NCBI GenBank assembly: GCA_963749915.1
Contig: CAVVOP010000020.1
Coordinates: 64,001 to 128,000 of the forward strand
Direction of reading: 5' to 3'
Source: an uncultured cyanobacterium
GTDB taxonomy: Bacteria > Cyanobacteriota > Cyanobacteriia > Cyanobacteriales > Cyanobacteriaceae
Length of the DNA stretch: 64,000 nucleotides
Numbering within the stretch: the first letter of the stretch is position 1; the number at the start of each line of letters is the position of its first letter. Made by a program: the position numbers and the translations under genes. Shown piece by piece: positions 31,411 through 41,408 of the stretch. The notes below the pieces were generated by a model that saw only the letters and a program-made list of their open reading frames with translations, was not told the origin of the DNA and searched no databases.

Positions 31411-32337
31411 ATGTTACCAATAATTTTTTCCTGTGCTGGAACAACTTTATCTGATGCGGAAAGGCAATTATTTATTCGCTCTCAACCTACTGGCTTTATC
31501 CTCTTTAAACGTAACTGTGAAAATCCTACTCAAGTTAAGCAGTTAACTGATGCTTTAAGGGAATGTATCAATCAAAAAGACATTCCCATCCTAATTGATC
31601 AAGAAGGGGGTAGAGTTGCTCGTTTACAACCACCCCACTGGTGGGTTGCACCTTCGGCTTCCTCTTACCTCCAAGAAACTGATGATATAACCGAAGCAGC
31701 ACATAAGGCCAAAATAGATGCTAAACGCATAGGCCAACAGTTACAAGAGGTTGGCATTAATGTTAATTGCTCTCCTGTACTTGATTGTCCTATTCCTGAA
31801 GCTGATATGGTAATTGGTACACGAGCTTATAGTAATTCTCCTTCGGAGATCATAACAATGGCCAATGCTGTAATTGAGGGTTTTCAAGAGGAGGGCGTTG
31901 TCCCTGTGATTAAACATATCCCCGGTCATGGTCGTGCTTTAGTGGATAGTCATGAGGCTTTACCAGTGGTTGAGACATCTATAAAAGAGTTATCTGAACG
32001 TGATTTTTTACCCTTTAAGGCCTTAGCCAAATCTGTCACTTGGGCAATGAGTGCTCATGTTATTTATACTGCCATTGATCCTCAAGATTGTACTACAGTT
32101 TCACCTATTGTGATAGAGCAAATCATCCGAAAACACATTGACTTTGAGGGTGTGTTAGTTACTGATGATTTAGGAATGAAAGCTTTATCAGGAGATCTAG
32201 TTACTAAAGTTAATCGCTCATTAGAAGCAGGTTGTGACTTAGCTTTATATTGTGATGGCAAATTAGCGGATATGGAAATCTTAGCTGATAATATTACCCC
32301 AAGAAAGCCTATACAATTTTCAACAAAAATCTCTTAA
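31411..32337 (+). CDS. nagZ: Beta-N-acetylhexosaminidase (GH3, NagZ type)
   Basis: DQEGGRVARL, KHIPGHGR..DSH, TDDLGMKAL. Confidence 0.93.
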   Translation: MLPIIFSCAGTTLSDAERQLFIRSQPTGFILFKRNCENPTQVKQLTDALRECINQKDIPILIDQEGGRVARLQPPHWWVAPSASSYLQETDDITEAAHKAKIDAKRIGQQLQEVGINVNCSPVLDCPIPEADMVIGTRAYSNSPSEIITMANAVIEGFQEEGVVPVIKHIPGHGRALVDSHEALPVVETSIKELSERDFLPFKALAKSVTWAMSAHVIYTAIDPQDCTTVSPIVIEQIIRKHIDFEGVLVTDDLGMKALSGDLVTKVNRSLEAGCDLALYCDGKLADMEILADNITPRKPIQFSTKIS

Positions 32338-32388
32338 ATAAAGGCTAATTAAGATCCTACAATTAACGGAGTTTTAAATGTCTTCACC

Positions 32389-33253
32389 GTAACCGTTCAC
32401 TCCCCCCACTCTGAATTGGTTGTCAAATCAACAAGCCCAAATTAGAGAAAGCTGGAAATGTTAGCGGTTATCATCGGATAACTTATTAGAGATAGGCCGT
32501 TATTTGATTGAAAAAAGGAAGTGATGCCCGACAAAATAGTTTAAACTTTATTTTATGGCTAAACTAAACAAAGATGATTTGGGACAAATGAGTAAAAGCT
32601 ACTTTGAATCTCTGGAAAAACAGAGGTTAGTAGAAGTTGCTACCAATTTGCATCAATTAGCCGTAGAACAATGTGAAAGACTAGAACTTTCCTCAAGTAA
32701 TAGTTCTCGTCCACCTTCGACAGACAATCCTTATCAGAGGAAAAACAAGAAGAAAGAAGATCTCCATGTTCCCTCAGAATTAAATAATCAACCAGAAGAT
32801 TCCATTGTTAGCAACTTTGATTGCTAGTCTAAGTGTGCGTTACCGAATGAGTAGGGTCAAAATCAAAGAATTTTTGTGGGATTGGGCGGAAACAGAATTG
32901 AGTGTGGGAACCATCGACAGATGTATTCGGGAAGCAGGAATAGCCTGTAGTCCAGTGGTGGAAAAATTAATTGAAGAGATACAAAATGTAGAAGTTTTAC
33001 ATCTAGATGAGACTCATTGGGAAGTTCAAGGAGATCTTCAATGGTTATGGGTAGCTATTTCGGGTCAAACTGCGGTGTATCACAAACTGGAGCAGTTGAC
33101 AAAAAAGCAGCACAAATTGGCTCATGGATTTTAAATAGTTTAAAAGAATTAATCACAGGTATCGCCAAGGGAGAAGATCCATCCTCTCGGACTATCTCTC
33201 ATCATCTAACTATGTTAGCCGACATTCAGCAGATTAATGTGGAAAAAAAATAA
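32389..33253 (+). mobile_element. IS66-family remnant with fragmented transposase
   Basis: GTAACCGTTCAC left end; fragments SSNSSRPPSTD (32555-32827), LSVGTI..LHLDETHW..WLWV (32805-33134), 33017-33253. Confidence 0.85.
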
Positions 33254-33324
33254 TTTTAAAACTCCAAGATAACAAAGGTTTCGACGATTTGGTCTAAGCT
33301 CCCCAGGTAGGCGAAGTGATAAAG

Positions 33325-33342
33325 CCCACATTCCGCACGTCA
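33325..33342. mobile_element. Orphan IS1634 terminal inverted repeat
   Basis: Exact third copy of CCCACATTCCGCACGTCA. Confidence 0.85.
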
Positions 33343-33455
33343 ATTTGCACTATGCCATGTAATACCTTAACGCCTTGTTTACAAAATATTCCCCAAGTAA
33401 TAAAACAACGAAATTGAGATTAAACAAATATAAATACTGTAAAAATCTGTATATG

Positions 33456-33486
33456 GCGATGCCAAAGGCACAGCGAAGCTGCCCGC
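33456..33486. repeat. Small double-hairpin repeat inside a split HIP1 site (SDR5-like)
   Basis: GCGAT-[GCC AAA GGC][CAGC GAA GCTG]-CCCGC. Confidence 0.55.
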
Positions 33487-33519
33487 AAAAAACAATAAAT
33501 ATATGTATTACCTATAGTA

Positions 33520-34780
33520 ACCTCAGTTCGATATAACAATAATGCTGGAAGCTAGCTATAATAAGTGTTCTCCCCTTTTTTCTAATTATTCATAACCAAT
33601 AAACAGCACAAATTTAGCTAAAAATTGCTGTTTTTAGCCTCAATTTTATCTTTTTTAAAATTACTTAATTGCTCAGATTACCAATGTAGGTAATAACTTT
33701 ATTTCTTCTTTTTCTAACTGCAATTTTGGTTTTTTGTCTTGCCATGTATAAGCTATTAACCCAGCAATTGTGTTCACCAAAAAGTTAACCGGACTTCTAT
33801 GACGAGAGTGAACTATTTGTGAGATATTTTGCAATTGATCATTTACCGTTTCAATTAATGACCTTTTTCTTAACATTAATTTTTCCCATAATTCTAATAA
33901 TTTATTATTCATCTTTTTTTTGAATGGTGTTATTAATTTAATATTTTTCAGCCATAATTGTTGAAATAAATCTTGAGAAATGTAGCCCTTATCTCCAAAT
34001 AATCGACCCCATAAATCCTTCGTTAAATAAGGTACTGTTTTTCTATCGTCCACATTACCTTTTGTTATTTGAAATGCCAATATTTCTCCCAATTCATTAA
34101 TAATTAAATGTAATTTAAAGCCGAAGTACCAGTCTATAGAGCTTTTTCCCCAATGAGCCAAGTTATCAAAAACTTTATTTCTTTTGGCTCTTTTATTGTG
34201 GCAAATAGGAATACCCATTGTATCGATAAAAGAAATTCCTGTACATGATCCTTTACGAGTATTGAGATAAAAAATTAAAGGAATTAAAGCGGAAGATTTA
34301 AGTTGAACAAAACGATTATAACTGACCAAATTAGGAAAATCTTGAAAATGATAAACCTGAATATGATTTTGATAATAGTGTTTAAAGTTTCGATAACTAG
34401 AATGATGAAAATAAATAATAATAGTCATAATTTCACTCAAGGATAATCGACTATTTTTGATTCTTTTTTTCTGTTTAGATGATAAAATTTGACGATTAAA
34501 AGATGGTTCAAAAATTAAACAGAAATCATCTACATCATAGAAAAGTGTTTCTAATTCCATAAAAATTAATTTTTAAAAAATAACATATTGATTATGAAAT
34601 TAATTTTTAAAAAATAGGAGATATTAGCAATGAAATTTAATAAATATTCAGAAAAATTAACTTATTAATCTGGGTAGAACTTTTAATACATTAAGAATTG
34701 TAAAATAGCGAAAAATAGTATAAACCCAAAACTCATATAAGTTAAGAGTTTGAGACTATTTTCTTATATCGAACTCAGGT
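33520..34780 (-). mobile_element. IS982-family element
   Basis: 17-bp TIRs ACCT(C/G)AGTTCGATATAA with one mismatch, enclosing the transposase. Confidence 0.92.
33673..34560 (-). CDS. IS982-family DDE transposase, apparently intact
   Basis: LSEIMTI, SYNRF, FID, WYFGFKLH, GDKGY, KRSLIETVNDQL, HSRHRS. Confidence 0.95.
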   Translation of the reverse strand: MELETLFYDVDDFCLIFEPSFNRQILSSKQKKRIKNSRLSLSEIMTIIIYFHHSSYRNFKHYYQNHIQVYHFQDFPNLVSYNRFVQLKSSALIPLIFYLNTRKGSCTGISFIDTMGIPICHNKRAKRNKVFDNLAHWGKSSIDWYFGFKLHLIINELGEILAFQITKGNVDDRKTVPYLTKDLWGRLFGDKGYISQDLFQQLWLKNIKLITPFKKKMNNKLLELWEKLMLRKRSLIETVNDQLQNISQIVHSRHRSPVNFLVNTIAGLIAYTWQDKKPKLQLEKEEIKLLPTLVI

Positions 34781-34937
34781 ATTATGAGTCGTTTACTTAA
34801 TAGTAACTCTGCCGATAGCTAGCTAAAAATAACATTTGGGGAAAATATCTCTTCAATTGATTGATGAATGTCTTTTATTTTCACCAAAACATAAGCTAAT
34901 CTTAAATTACACCCTTAATAACTTAGAGAAAAAGATA

Positions 34938-35423
34938 GTGGCTAAACTCATCAAACTTGATCCCCTTGGTACAGAAACGGCAATTAAAACTAATGATAAC
35001 CTCTTATCAGGATTGCTGAAAAATCAACTTAACGTCCTGCAGGAATGCGGCGGTAGGGGGATGTGTTCTACCTGTCATGTCTATATCAAGGAAGGCATGG
35101 ATAGTTTATCCCCCCTCAATCGCAGAGAAAAAAGAACTTTAGAGGTGATTACTACCTGTAAACTCAATTCTCGCCTTGCTTGTCAAGCTAGGGTTATGGG
35201 TGAAGGGGTAGTGGTGGAATTACCATCGGGGATGTATTTGAGTCAGATAGATGATATTGAAGCCTTAATTGGTAGAAGGACGCAACAAAATATTCTTCAC
35301 CCGATTTCTGGAAAGATTTTGGTGGAGGAAGGAAAGTTGATTACTCGCTCGATGATTAGTCAATTAGAGAATACCAAAGGAGAAGTTAGTCAATACTTAG
35401 CCAATACCAGTGATGCAGTTTAA
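34938..35423 (+). CDS. 2Fe-2S ferredoxin with C-terminal extension (Synechocystis Slr0148-like)
   Basis: CGGRGMCSTC...RLACQ; GTG start at VAKLIKLDP fits recalled homologs. Confidence 0.88.
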   Translation: MAKLIKLDPLGTETAIKTNDNLLSGLLKNQLNVLQECGGRGMCSTCHVYIKEGMDSLSPLNRREKRTLEVITTCKLNSRLACQARVMGEGVVVELPSGMYLSQIDDIEALIGRRTQQNILHPISGKILVEEGKLITRSMISQLENTKGEVSQYLANTSDAV

Positions 35424-35475
35424 TGTTTCATCACCATCAGATTTTATTACCCATTATTACAAGGAGTTTTTGACA

Positions 35476-35928
35476 ATGTTAAAACAATTTGCAGATTTGA
35501 CCCTGGAAGCTGACGGAGGTTATGCCCAGGATTATGAGTTAAGATTTTTAGAGGATTATTTAGAATCTAAAGATTTAAGAATGAGTGCTTATGTCAAAAT
35601 TAGAGATTCAGCTATAGAAATTGTGGAAGCCGTAAGACTTGGTAAAAATAAACGTAATCCTGAGTTTGAAGATTATTATGCCACTTGTAAACGGGATTTA
35701 ATTGATTTAATTCGCTATTGTGCGGCGGCGTTGTTATTTGATGACATGGAACGGTTACGCACGAACATGTTGTTATGGTTTCAAACTATTTCCCGCTCTT
35801 ATAATTTTGAAAATGACAACATTGATACTTATGAGGTTTTGTTAGGGGTGATCCCGCAATTTTTAACCCCAGAAGAAGCTAAACTTGCCCTTCCTATTTT
35901 TGAGCTTAATTGTGCGGTTTTAGTTTAG
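35476..35928 (+). CDS. Phycobiliprotein/globin-fold protein (Slr0149-like)
   Basis: EADGGYA, CKRDL..IRYCA..LL motif; AAGGAG SD before the ATG at 35476. Confidence 0.75.
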   Translation: MLKQFADLTLEADGGYAQDYELRFLEDYLESKDLRMSAYVKIRDSAIEIVEAVRLGKNKRNPEFEDYYATCKRDLIDLIRYCAAALLFDDMERLRTNMLLWFQTISRSYNFENDNIDTYEVLLGVIPQFLTPEEAKLALPIFELNCAVLV

Positions 35929-35981
35929 ATAATATTACTTTTTCAATTTTCAATCTCAATATTTGGAGTATTTTAATTAAG

Positions 35982-36752
35982 ATGATGGACAAAAAACAAG
36001 ATATAGTCGGTTATGCCGGTTTAGGAGTTTCTGTGATGGGGGTTATTGTCTCTGTTGCCATGAATAATCCTATTTTTGCCTCTATTCCTTTAACAGTTGG
36101 GATTGGTTGTAACCTTGCCAGTCGTAAACAATTAACAAATAGTTTCGTAGAGGCTTATAATCGGCAAGAACAAACTATCAATCAGTTAATGGCAACATTA
36201 GAAGCTAATCACAGTGAATTAACCACGAAATTAACAGGAAATCAAACTGATTTAGCCAATCGTGTGCAAAAATTACAGCTATTATTTCAAGATAATCTAG
36301 CACAACAACAGGAACAGATTAACAGTGAAATTCAAAGACTTGAATTACAACACCAGGACTTAAATAACGTTGTTAGCAATATCAGAGAAGTAGAAAATAT
36401 TTCTCAAGAATTACGCTCTCAGCCTGATTCGGCAGACTTCTTCTATCAAAGAGGATTAAGTTACGAGAAATTGGGTAATAAAGCAGGGGCAATGGAGGAT
36501 TATACTGAAGCCATTAAGAAGGATTCTAGTTTTGCCAAAGCCTACCATAAGAGAGGTGTACTGTATATCGATGATGGTGTCAAACAAAAAGCCGTTGATG
36601 ATTTACGGAAAGCCACTTTACTCTATTTTGAGCAAGGAGATATCGATAGTTACCATCAAGCTAGAGAAATGAGTCGCAATATCCACGAGCTACGAACTGA
36701 AGGTAATGGTACAACTTCAGAAATGGTAGTGGGTACACAATTATTTTCCTAA
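35982..36752 (+). CDS. Membrane-anchored coiled-coil TPR protein (Slr0151-like)
   Basis: Two N-terminal TMs, coiled coil, TPRs (FFYQRG..A..DY..A, AYHKRG); start uncertain. Confidence 0.8.
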   Translation: MMDKKQDIVGYAGLGVSVMGVIVSVAMNNPIFASIPLTVGIGCNLASRKQLTNSFVEAYNRQEQTINQLMATLEANHSELTTKLTGNQTDLANRVQKLQLLFQDNLAQQQEQINSEIQRLELQHQDLNNVVSNIREVENISQELRSQPDSADFFYQRGLSYEKLGNKAGAMEDYTEAIKKDSSFAKAYHKRGVLYIDDGVKQKAVDDLRKATLLYFEQGDIDSYHQAREMSRNIHELRTEGNGTTSEMVVGTQLFS

Positions 36753-36762
36753 TAGTCAAAAC

Positions 36763-36922
36763 AATTCAAAATTCAAAATTATCAATTCAAAATTAAAGAT
36801 CATTAGTGGCAGGTTAAACTCGCCACTAATTGAAGACCGCTAAATTGAAAATTTAGTGGGGGCTTGTACCCAAAATTAATCAATTAAAAACTAGGGTTAT
36901 TATTAATTTTGCATTTTGAATT
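36763..36922. mobile_element. MITE-like repeat with heptamer-based inverted ends
   Basis: AATTCAAAATTCAAAATTA against the reverse complement at 36904-36922 (18/19 match); two internal hairpins. Confidence 0.65.
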
Positions 36923-39103
36923 ATGAAAACTTTGATTCTCGATAATTATGATTCTTTTACTTATAATATTTACCAATTATTGGCTGAAGTAAATGGCCAG
37001 GAACCTGTTGTTATTACTAATAATGAGTTGTCTTGGCGGGAAATAAAAGAGCTTAATTTTGACAATATTGTCATTTCTCCCGGACCTGGCAATCCCAAGA
37101 ATATAGAAGATTTTGGGGTGTGTGGTGAAGTGTTATTAGAGGCAAAAATTCCCGTTTTAGGAATTTGTTTAGGGCATCAAGGTTTAGGTTATTTTTATGG
37201 AGCAAAAGTTACGAGATCGCCGCAACCTTTTCACGGTAGAATTAGTAATATTTATCATCAACAAGACTCTATTTTTAATAATATTCCCTCTCCTTTTTTG
37301 GTGGTACGTTACCATTCTTTAATTATTGATTCTCCTCTCCCGCCCGATTTGGAAGTTATCGCTCAAACTGAAGATCATTTAATTATGGGAATTAAGCATA
37401 AATTTAAGCCTTTTTGGAGTGTTCAGTTTCACCCTGAATCTATCTGTTCTGAATATGGCAAGGAATTATTAATCAATTTTCAGACTCTAACTAATAATTA
37501 TTATCAACTAGCAGAACAATTAAGTAAAAATGAGGAAGAAATGCAACCAAATAAATATAGAAGAAAAGAGAATAAAATTCATATAAATAATTTTAAAATA
37601 AAGAACAATAAAAAGTATCAAGTTTATACAAAAAAAATAGATATATTCGTAGATTCGGCGATGGTATTTGCGGAAATTTATGGTCAATCTGATGATAGTT
37701 TTTGGTTAGATAGCAGTATGGTAGCGGAAGGTTTATCAAGGTTTTCTTATATGGGAGATTGTCAAGGAGATAATAGTTTTTTAGTCCAATATGATATTAA
37801 TAACCAGGAAATAAAGATAATTAGGGATGAGAAAATAAGGATTTTAACAGGGGATATTTTTCAATTTTTACAAGATATTTTGGATAACTATGCTTATGAC
37901 AATGAGGAGTTGCCCTTTAATTTTAACGGTGGTTTTGTAGGTTATTTTGGTTATGAATTAAAAGCATCCTGTGGTGGTGAAAATAAACATCAATCTTCCC
38001 TGGCTGACGCTCAATTTATTTTTAGCGATCGTCTGATAGTGTTCGATCATTATTCTCAGAAAATTTACTTAGTATTTTTAGATGAAATTAATCAAGAAAT
38101 TAAAGCAAATGACTGGTTTAAAGAGATGGAAAATAGACTAAATTTAATGATCCACAAAACAAAAAAAGAAGAAATAATAAACCATGCAGAATTCATCCAA
38201 AATATAGGTTCTAAATGTAAAGGCTTAGTCAATAATGACTATAATCAAATTGAGGAATTGAGAAAACCAAAAAAAAATAAAAAATTTTATAAATTAAGTA
38301 GAGATAAACTAGAATATTTAAGCAATATAGAAACTTGCTTAGAAAAAATAAAACAAGGAGAAAGTTATGAAATTTGTTTAACTAATCATCTATACTTGCC
38401 GACCATATCAGAGCCTTTAAAATTTTATTTGCAACTGAGAAAAAAAAATCCTGCCCCCTATAGTTGTTTTTTAAAATTTGGCAAAATAGCAGTAGTTTGT
38501 TCTTCCCCTGAAAGATTTTTACTATTGGGAAAAAATGGTATCTTGGAATCAAAACCAATTAAAGGTACTGTGAAAAGGGGGAAAAATAAGGAAGAAGATA
38601 TACAGCTAAAAAATCAATTACAATTCAGCGAAAAAGAAAAAGCAGAAAACTTAATGATTGTCGATTTGTCACGCAATGATTTAGGTAGAGTTTGCGAAGT
38701 TGGTACTGTCACCGTTCCTAAATTGATGGCGATCGAAACTTATAGTACCTTGCATCAAATGGTGTCAACGGTGAAAGGTAAAATCAAAGAAGGGGTGAAA
38801 GTAGTTGACTGTATTAAGGCTTGTTTTCCCGGTGGTTCAATGACAGGAGCACCAAAAAAGAGAACAATGGAGATAATAGACGAATTAGAAACCTCTGCCA
38901 GGGGTATTTATTCGGGGAGTATCGGATTTTTAGCTCTTAATGGCACCATGGACTTAAATATCGTGATTCGTACCGCCATTATAACCCCAGAAAATACATC
39001 TATCGGCGTTGGTGGTGCAATTACCTCCTTATCTCAACAAGACAAAGAATTTGAGGAAATAATACTCAAAGCCAAAGCCTTGCTAGACTGCTATGATAAT
39101 TGA
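36923..39103 (+). CDS. pabB: Fused aminodeoxychorismate synthase (PabA-PabB)
   Basis: DNYDSFT, SPGPG, GICLGHQ, QFHPES; SPERFL, PIKGT, ENLMIVD, PGGSMTGAPK. Confidence 0.92.
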   Translation: MKTLILDNYDSFTYNIYQLLAEVNGQEPVVITNNELSWREIKELNFDNIVISPGPGNPKNIEDFGVCGEVLLEAKIPVLGICLGHQGLGYFYGAKVTRSPQPFHGRISNIYHQQDSIFNNIPSPFLVVRYHSLIIDSPLPPDLEVIAQTEDHLIMGIKHKFKPFWSVQFHPESICSEYGKELLINFQTLTNNYYQLAEQLSKNEEEMQPNKYRRKENKIHINNFKIKNNKKYQVYTKKIDIFVDSAMVFAEIYGQSDDSFWLDSSMVAEGLSRFSYMGDCQGDNSFLVQYDINNQEIKIIRDEKIRILTGDIFQFLQDILDNYAYDNEELPFNFNGGFVGYFGYELKASCGGENKHQSSLADAQFIFSDRLIVFDHYSQKIYLVFLDEINQEIKANDWFKEMENRLNLMIHKTKKEEIINHAEFIQNIGSKCKGLVNNDYNQIEELRKPKKNKKFYKLSRDKLEYLSNIETCLEKIKQGESYEICLTNHLYLPTISEPLKFYLQLRKKNPAPYSCFLKFGKIAVVCSSPERFLLLGKNGILESKPIKGTVKRGKNKEEDIQLKNQLQFSEKEKAENLMIVDLSRNDLGRVCEVGTVTVPKLMAIETYSTLHQMVSTVKGKIKEGVKVVDCIKACFPGGSMTGAPKKRTMEIIDELETSARGIYSGSIGFLALNGTMDLNIVIRTAIITPENTSIGVGGAITSLSQQDKEFEEIILKAKALLDCYDN

Positions 39104-39187
39104 AAGTTAATTTACTTTTTCGGCATTGCATATATCGAGAAATAAAGTGTTTACATTTTATCAAAAATTAACATTTAAATTACAACT

Positions 39188-39913
39188 ATGACAGATAATA
39201 ATATATTACCAACCTATGAACAATTGTGGAAAAATACAACGAATTGGATACCATTAGTAGAACACCAACAATTATGGCAAGAATTATATAACGCAATATT
39301 AGCCATCAATAAATATTTAAACTTAACCAGAATTACAAATGTTGAAGAATTTTGGGAAAAAAATTTATGGGATTCTCTAGCACCTATTTTAGAATATGAT
39401 TTAACGGATAAAAAAATAATAGATATTGGCACAGGAGCTGGTTTTCCCGGATTACCTATTGCCATGGCTTTTCCAGAAGCAAAATTAACACTAATGGATT
39501 CTACTACTAAAAAAATTAAATTTATTAGTGAACTTGTCCAGAAATTAAACTTAAAAAATATCGAGACTTTAGTTAGTAGAGTAGAAATAATAGCACAAGA
39601 TCAAAATTATAGAAAACAATATGATTTTGCATTAATTAGGGCTGTTGCAGAAATATCTGTTTGTTTAGAATATAGTTTACCTTTATTAAAAATTGGAGGA
39701 ATTGCTATTTTATATAGGGGAAATTTAACGGAAGAAGAAAAGAATAAAATAGAAAAAATTAGCTATAAACTAGGAGGGGAACTGATCAAAATAACTAACA
39801 AAAACACACCAATTCAGCACCATATTCGCCACTGTATTTATATAAAAAAAGTGAAGCTAACTTCTAAAAAATATCCTAGAGAAGTAGGAAAACCGGTTAA
39901 ACTGCCATTATAG
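39188..39913 (+). CDS. rsmG: 16S rRNA m7G527 methyltransferase
   Basis: NLTRIT, DIGTGAGFPG, RAVA, YPR..G.P. Confidence 0.95.
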   Translation: MTDNNILPTYEQLWKNTTNWIPLVEHQQLWQELYNAILAINKYLNLTRITNVEEFWEKNLWDSLAPILEYDLTDKKIIDIGTGAGFPGLPIAMAFPEAKLTLMDSTTKKIKFISELVQKLNLKNIETLVSRVEIIAQDQNYRKQYDFALIRAVAEISVCLEYSLPLLKIGGIAILYRGNLTEEEKNKIEKISYKLGGELIKITNKNTPIQHHIRHCIYIKKVKLTSKKYPREVGKPVKLPL

Positions 39914-39929
39914 TTTCTAGTCGGTAAAC

Positions 39930-40054
39930 TTTTCGGTGGTAAATCAAGACTTGGTTTTGATTTTGAGGTCAAACTTGTCGAAGATAAAATTCTTTAAAGG
40001 TTTTATCATGACTGCCATGAAAGGTAATCACTATGTCACAACTTCACTCAAACT
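39930..40054 (-). pseudogene. Highly decayed IS982-like transposase fragment
   Basis: Minus strand with one frameshift: LSEVVT/IVITFHGSHDKTFKEFYLRQV*, which aligns by eye with LSEIMTIIIYFHHSSYRNFKHYY of the IS982 at 33673-34560. Confidence 0.6.
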
Positions 40055-40105
40055 GTCATGTTAATATTAACTTATAATCTTCTTTTTTTAGATATTAATT
40101 AATTT

Positions 40106-41278
40106 ATGATTAACTATGATGTCATTGTTATTGGCGGTGGCTTGACGGGTTCGGTGTTAAGTTATGAATTGGCGAAAAAAAGTTTTCGGGTTCTATTATT
40201 AGACAAAAATTCTTCCTTTAACAATGCCACAATTTATAGTTATGGCGGTATTTCTTATTGGTGTGGCACAGATAATTTGACCAATCAATTATGTGAAGAA
40301 AGTATTAATATTTACCATAATTTAACTGAAGAATTATCTCTTGATACAGAATTTAGAGAATTAGATTTATTATTTACTATCGATTCTGGTCAAGATGTTA
40401 AAAAACTGCTCATGGACTATCAACAATTTTATGTTAAGCCTGATTTTTTAGATGTCGATGAAAGTATTGTCTTAGAACCTTTATTAAATTCTGAGGCGAT
40501 CGCAGGTTGTTTAAGGTTTTCTCAAGGTCATGTTCATCCTGAAAAAATGATTTTAGCCTATCGAGAAGAGTTCCTAAAATTAGATGGAAAAATCGCTAAA
40601 GAATCAGTGATTTCTATAGAAACAAAGAAGAATAAAATTGAGGGAGTAAAAACTAAAAATAATACTTATTGCAGCGGACAAGTTATCATTTCTGCGGGGG
40701 CCTTTTCTCGGCAATTATTACAAAAATTAGGCTTAAATTCACCTATTTATTTTAGTCATGCACAACTGATAAAAACTCTACCTTCCGAGATAAAATTACG
40801 TACTTTCGTGATGCCTTGCATTAGCAAACGTTTAGAGATAGAAAAAAAAATCACCAGTAAAGAAAGAATTTCAATGTGGCAAAATCCTAATGACAATTTA
40901 CAAGCCGACGTTTTAGAGGCCGGGGCAATTCAATTTTTAGACGGTAGTTTCTGTTTAGGTCAAATAAGTCAAATTATCACAAATATTGATGCTCCTGTGT
41001 CTGCGAAGACCGGTGAGATGAGAATTAGAAAAGCGATCGCTAAAATTTTACCTAGCTTATCTGTATTACAAGGAGCATGGTATACTTGTCAAGTAGCGTT
41101 TAGTCAAGGAATGCCATTTCAGGTCGGAAAAATCCCAGAAATTGAAGGATTGTCATTATTTTCTGGGTTTACGAGTCCATTTGTGTTTGTGCCGCCCTTA
41201 GCCCAACATTTTGCCCATTATTTAGCGGGAAATGAAGATCCCATTATTACGATGATTAACAATCAGCACAGAACTTAA
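40106..41278 (+). CDS. FAD-dependent oxidoreductase (DAO/glycine oxidase-like)
   Basis: DVIVIGGGLTG dinucleotide fold, GHVHP, ISAGAFS. Confidence 0.85.
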   Translation: MINYDVIVIGGGLTGSVLSYELAKKSFRVLLLDKNSSFNNATIYSYGGISYWCGTDNLTNQLCEESINIYHNLTEELSLDTEFRELDLLFTIDSGQDVKKLLMDYQQFYVKPDFLDVDESIVLEPLLNSEAIAGCLRFSQGHVHPEKMILAYREEFLKLDGKIAKESVISIETKKNKIEGVKTKNNTYCSGQVIISAGAFSRQLLQKLGLNSPIYFSHAQLIKTLPSEIKLRTFVMPCISKRLEIEKKITSKERISMWQNPNDNLQADVLEAGAIQFLDGSFCLGQISQIITNIDAPVSAKTGEMRIRKAIAKILPSLSVLQGAWYTCQVAFSQGMPFQVGKIPEIEGLSLFSGFTSPFVFVPPLAQHFAHYLAGNEDPIITMINNQHRT

Positions 41279-41379
41279 CTGAACCTAACAATAAATTGAA
41301 AATGAAGTCCCAAAACCCCTATTAACAAGAAGATGCAGCCCTAATAACTTGAGATTTTCAAAATTTTTTGCAAAAAAAG

Positions 41380-41408
41380 TTGCTAATTAGAGAATGGTAA
41401 GTTATATT
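41380..41408 (+). promoter_or_regulatory. rrn promoter
   Basis: TTGCTA-17 nt-TATATT with an AT-rich UP-like tract; boxA-like AAGAACCTCGACAA at about 41451. Confidence 0.7.

Noticed and set aside
33250..33322. Minus-strand stretch loosely resembling a cyanobacterial CRISPR leader
   Set aside because: No repeat-spacer array or cas gene in the window; the resemblance is only impressionistic
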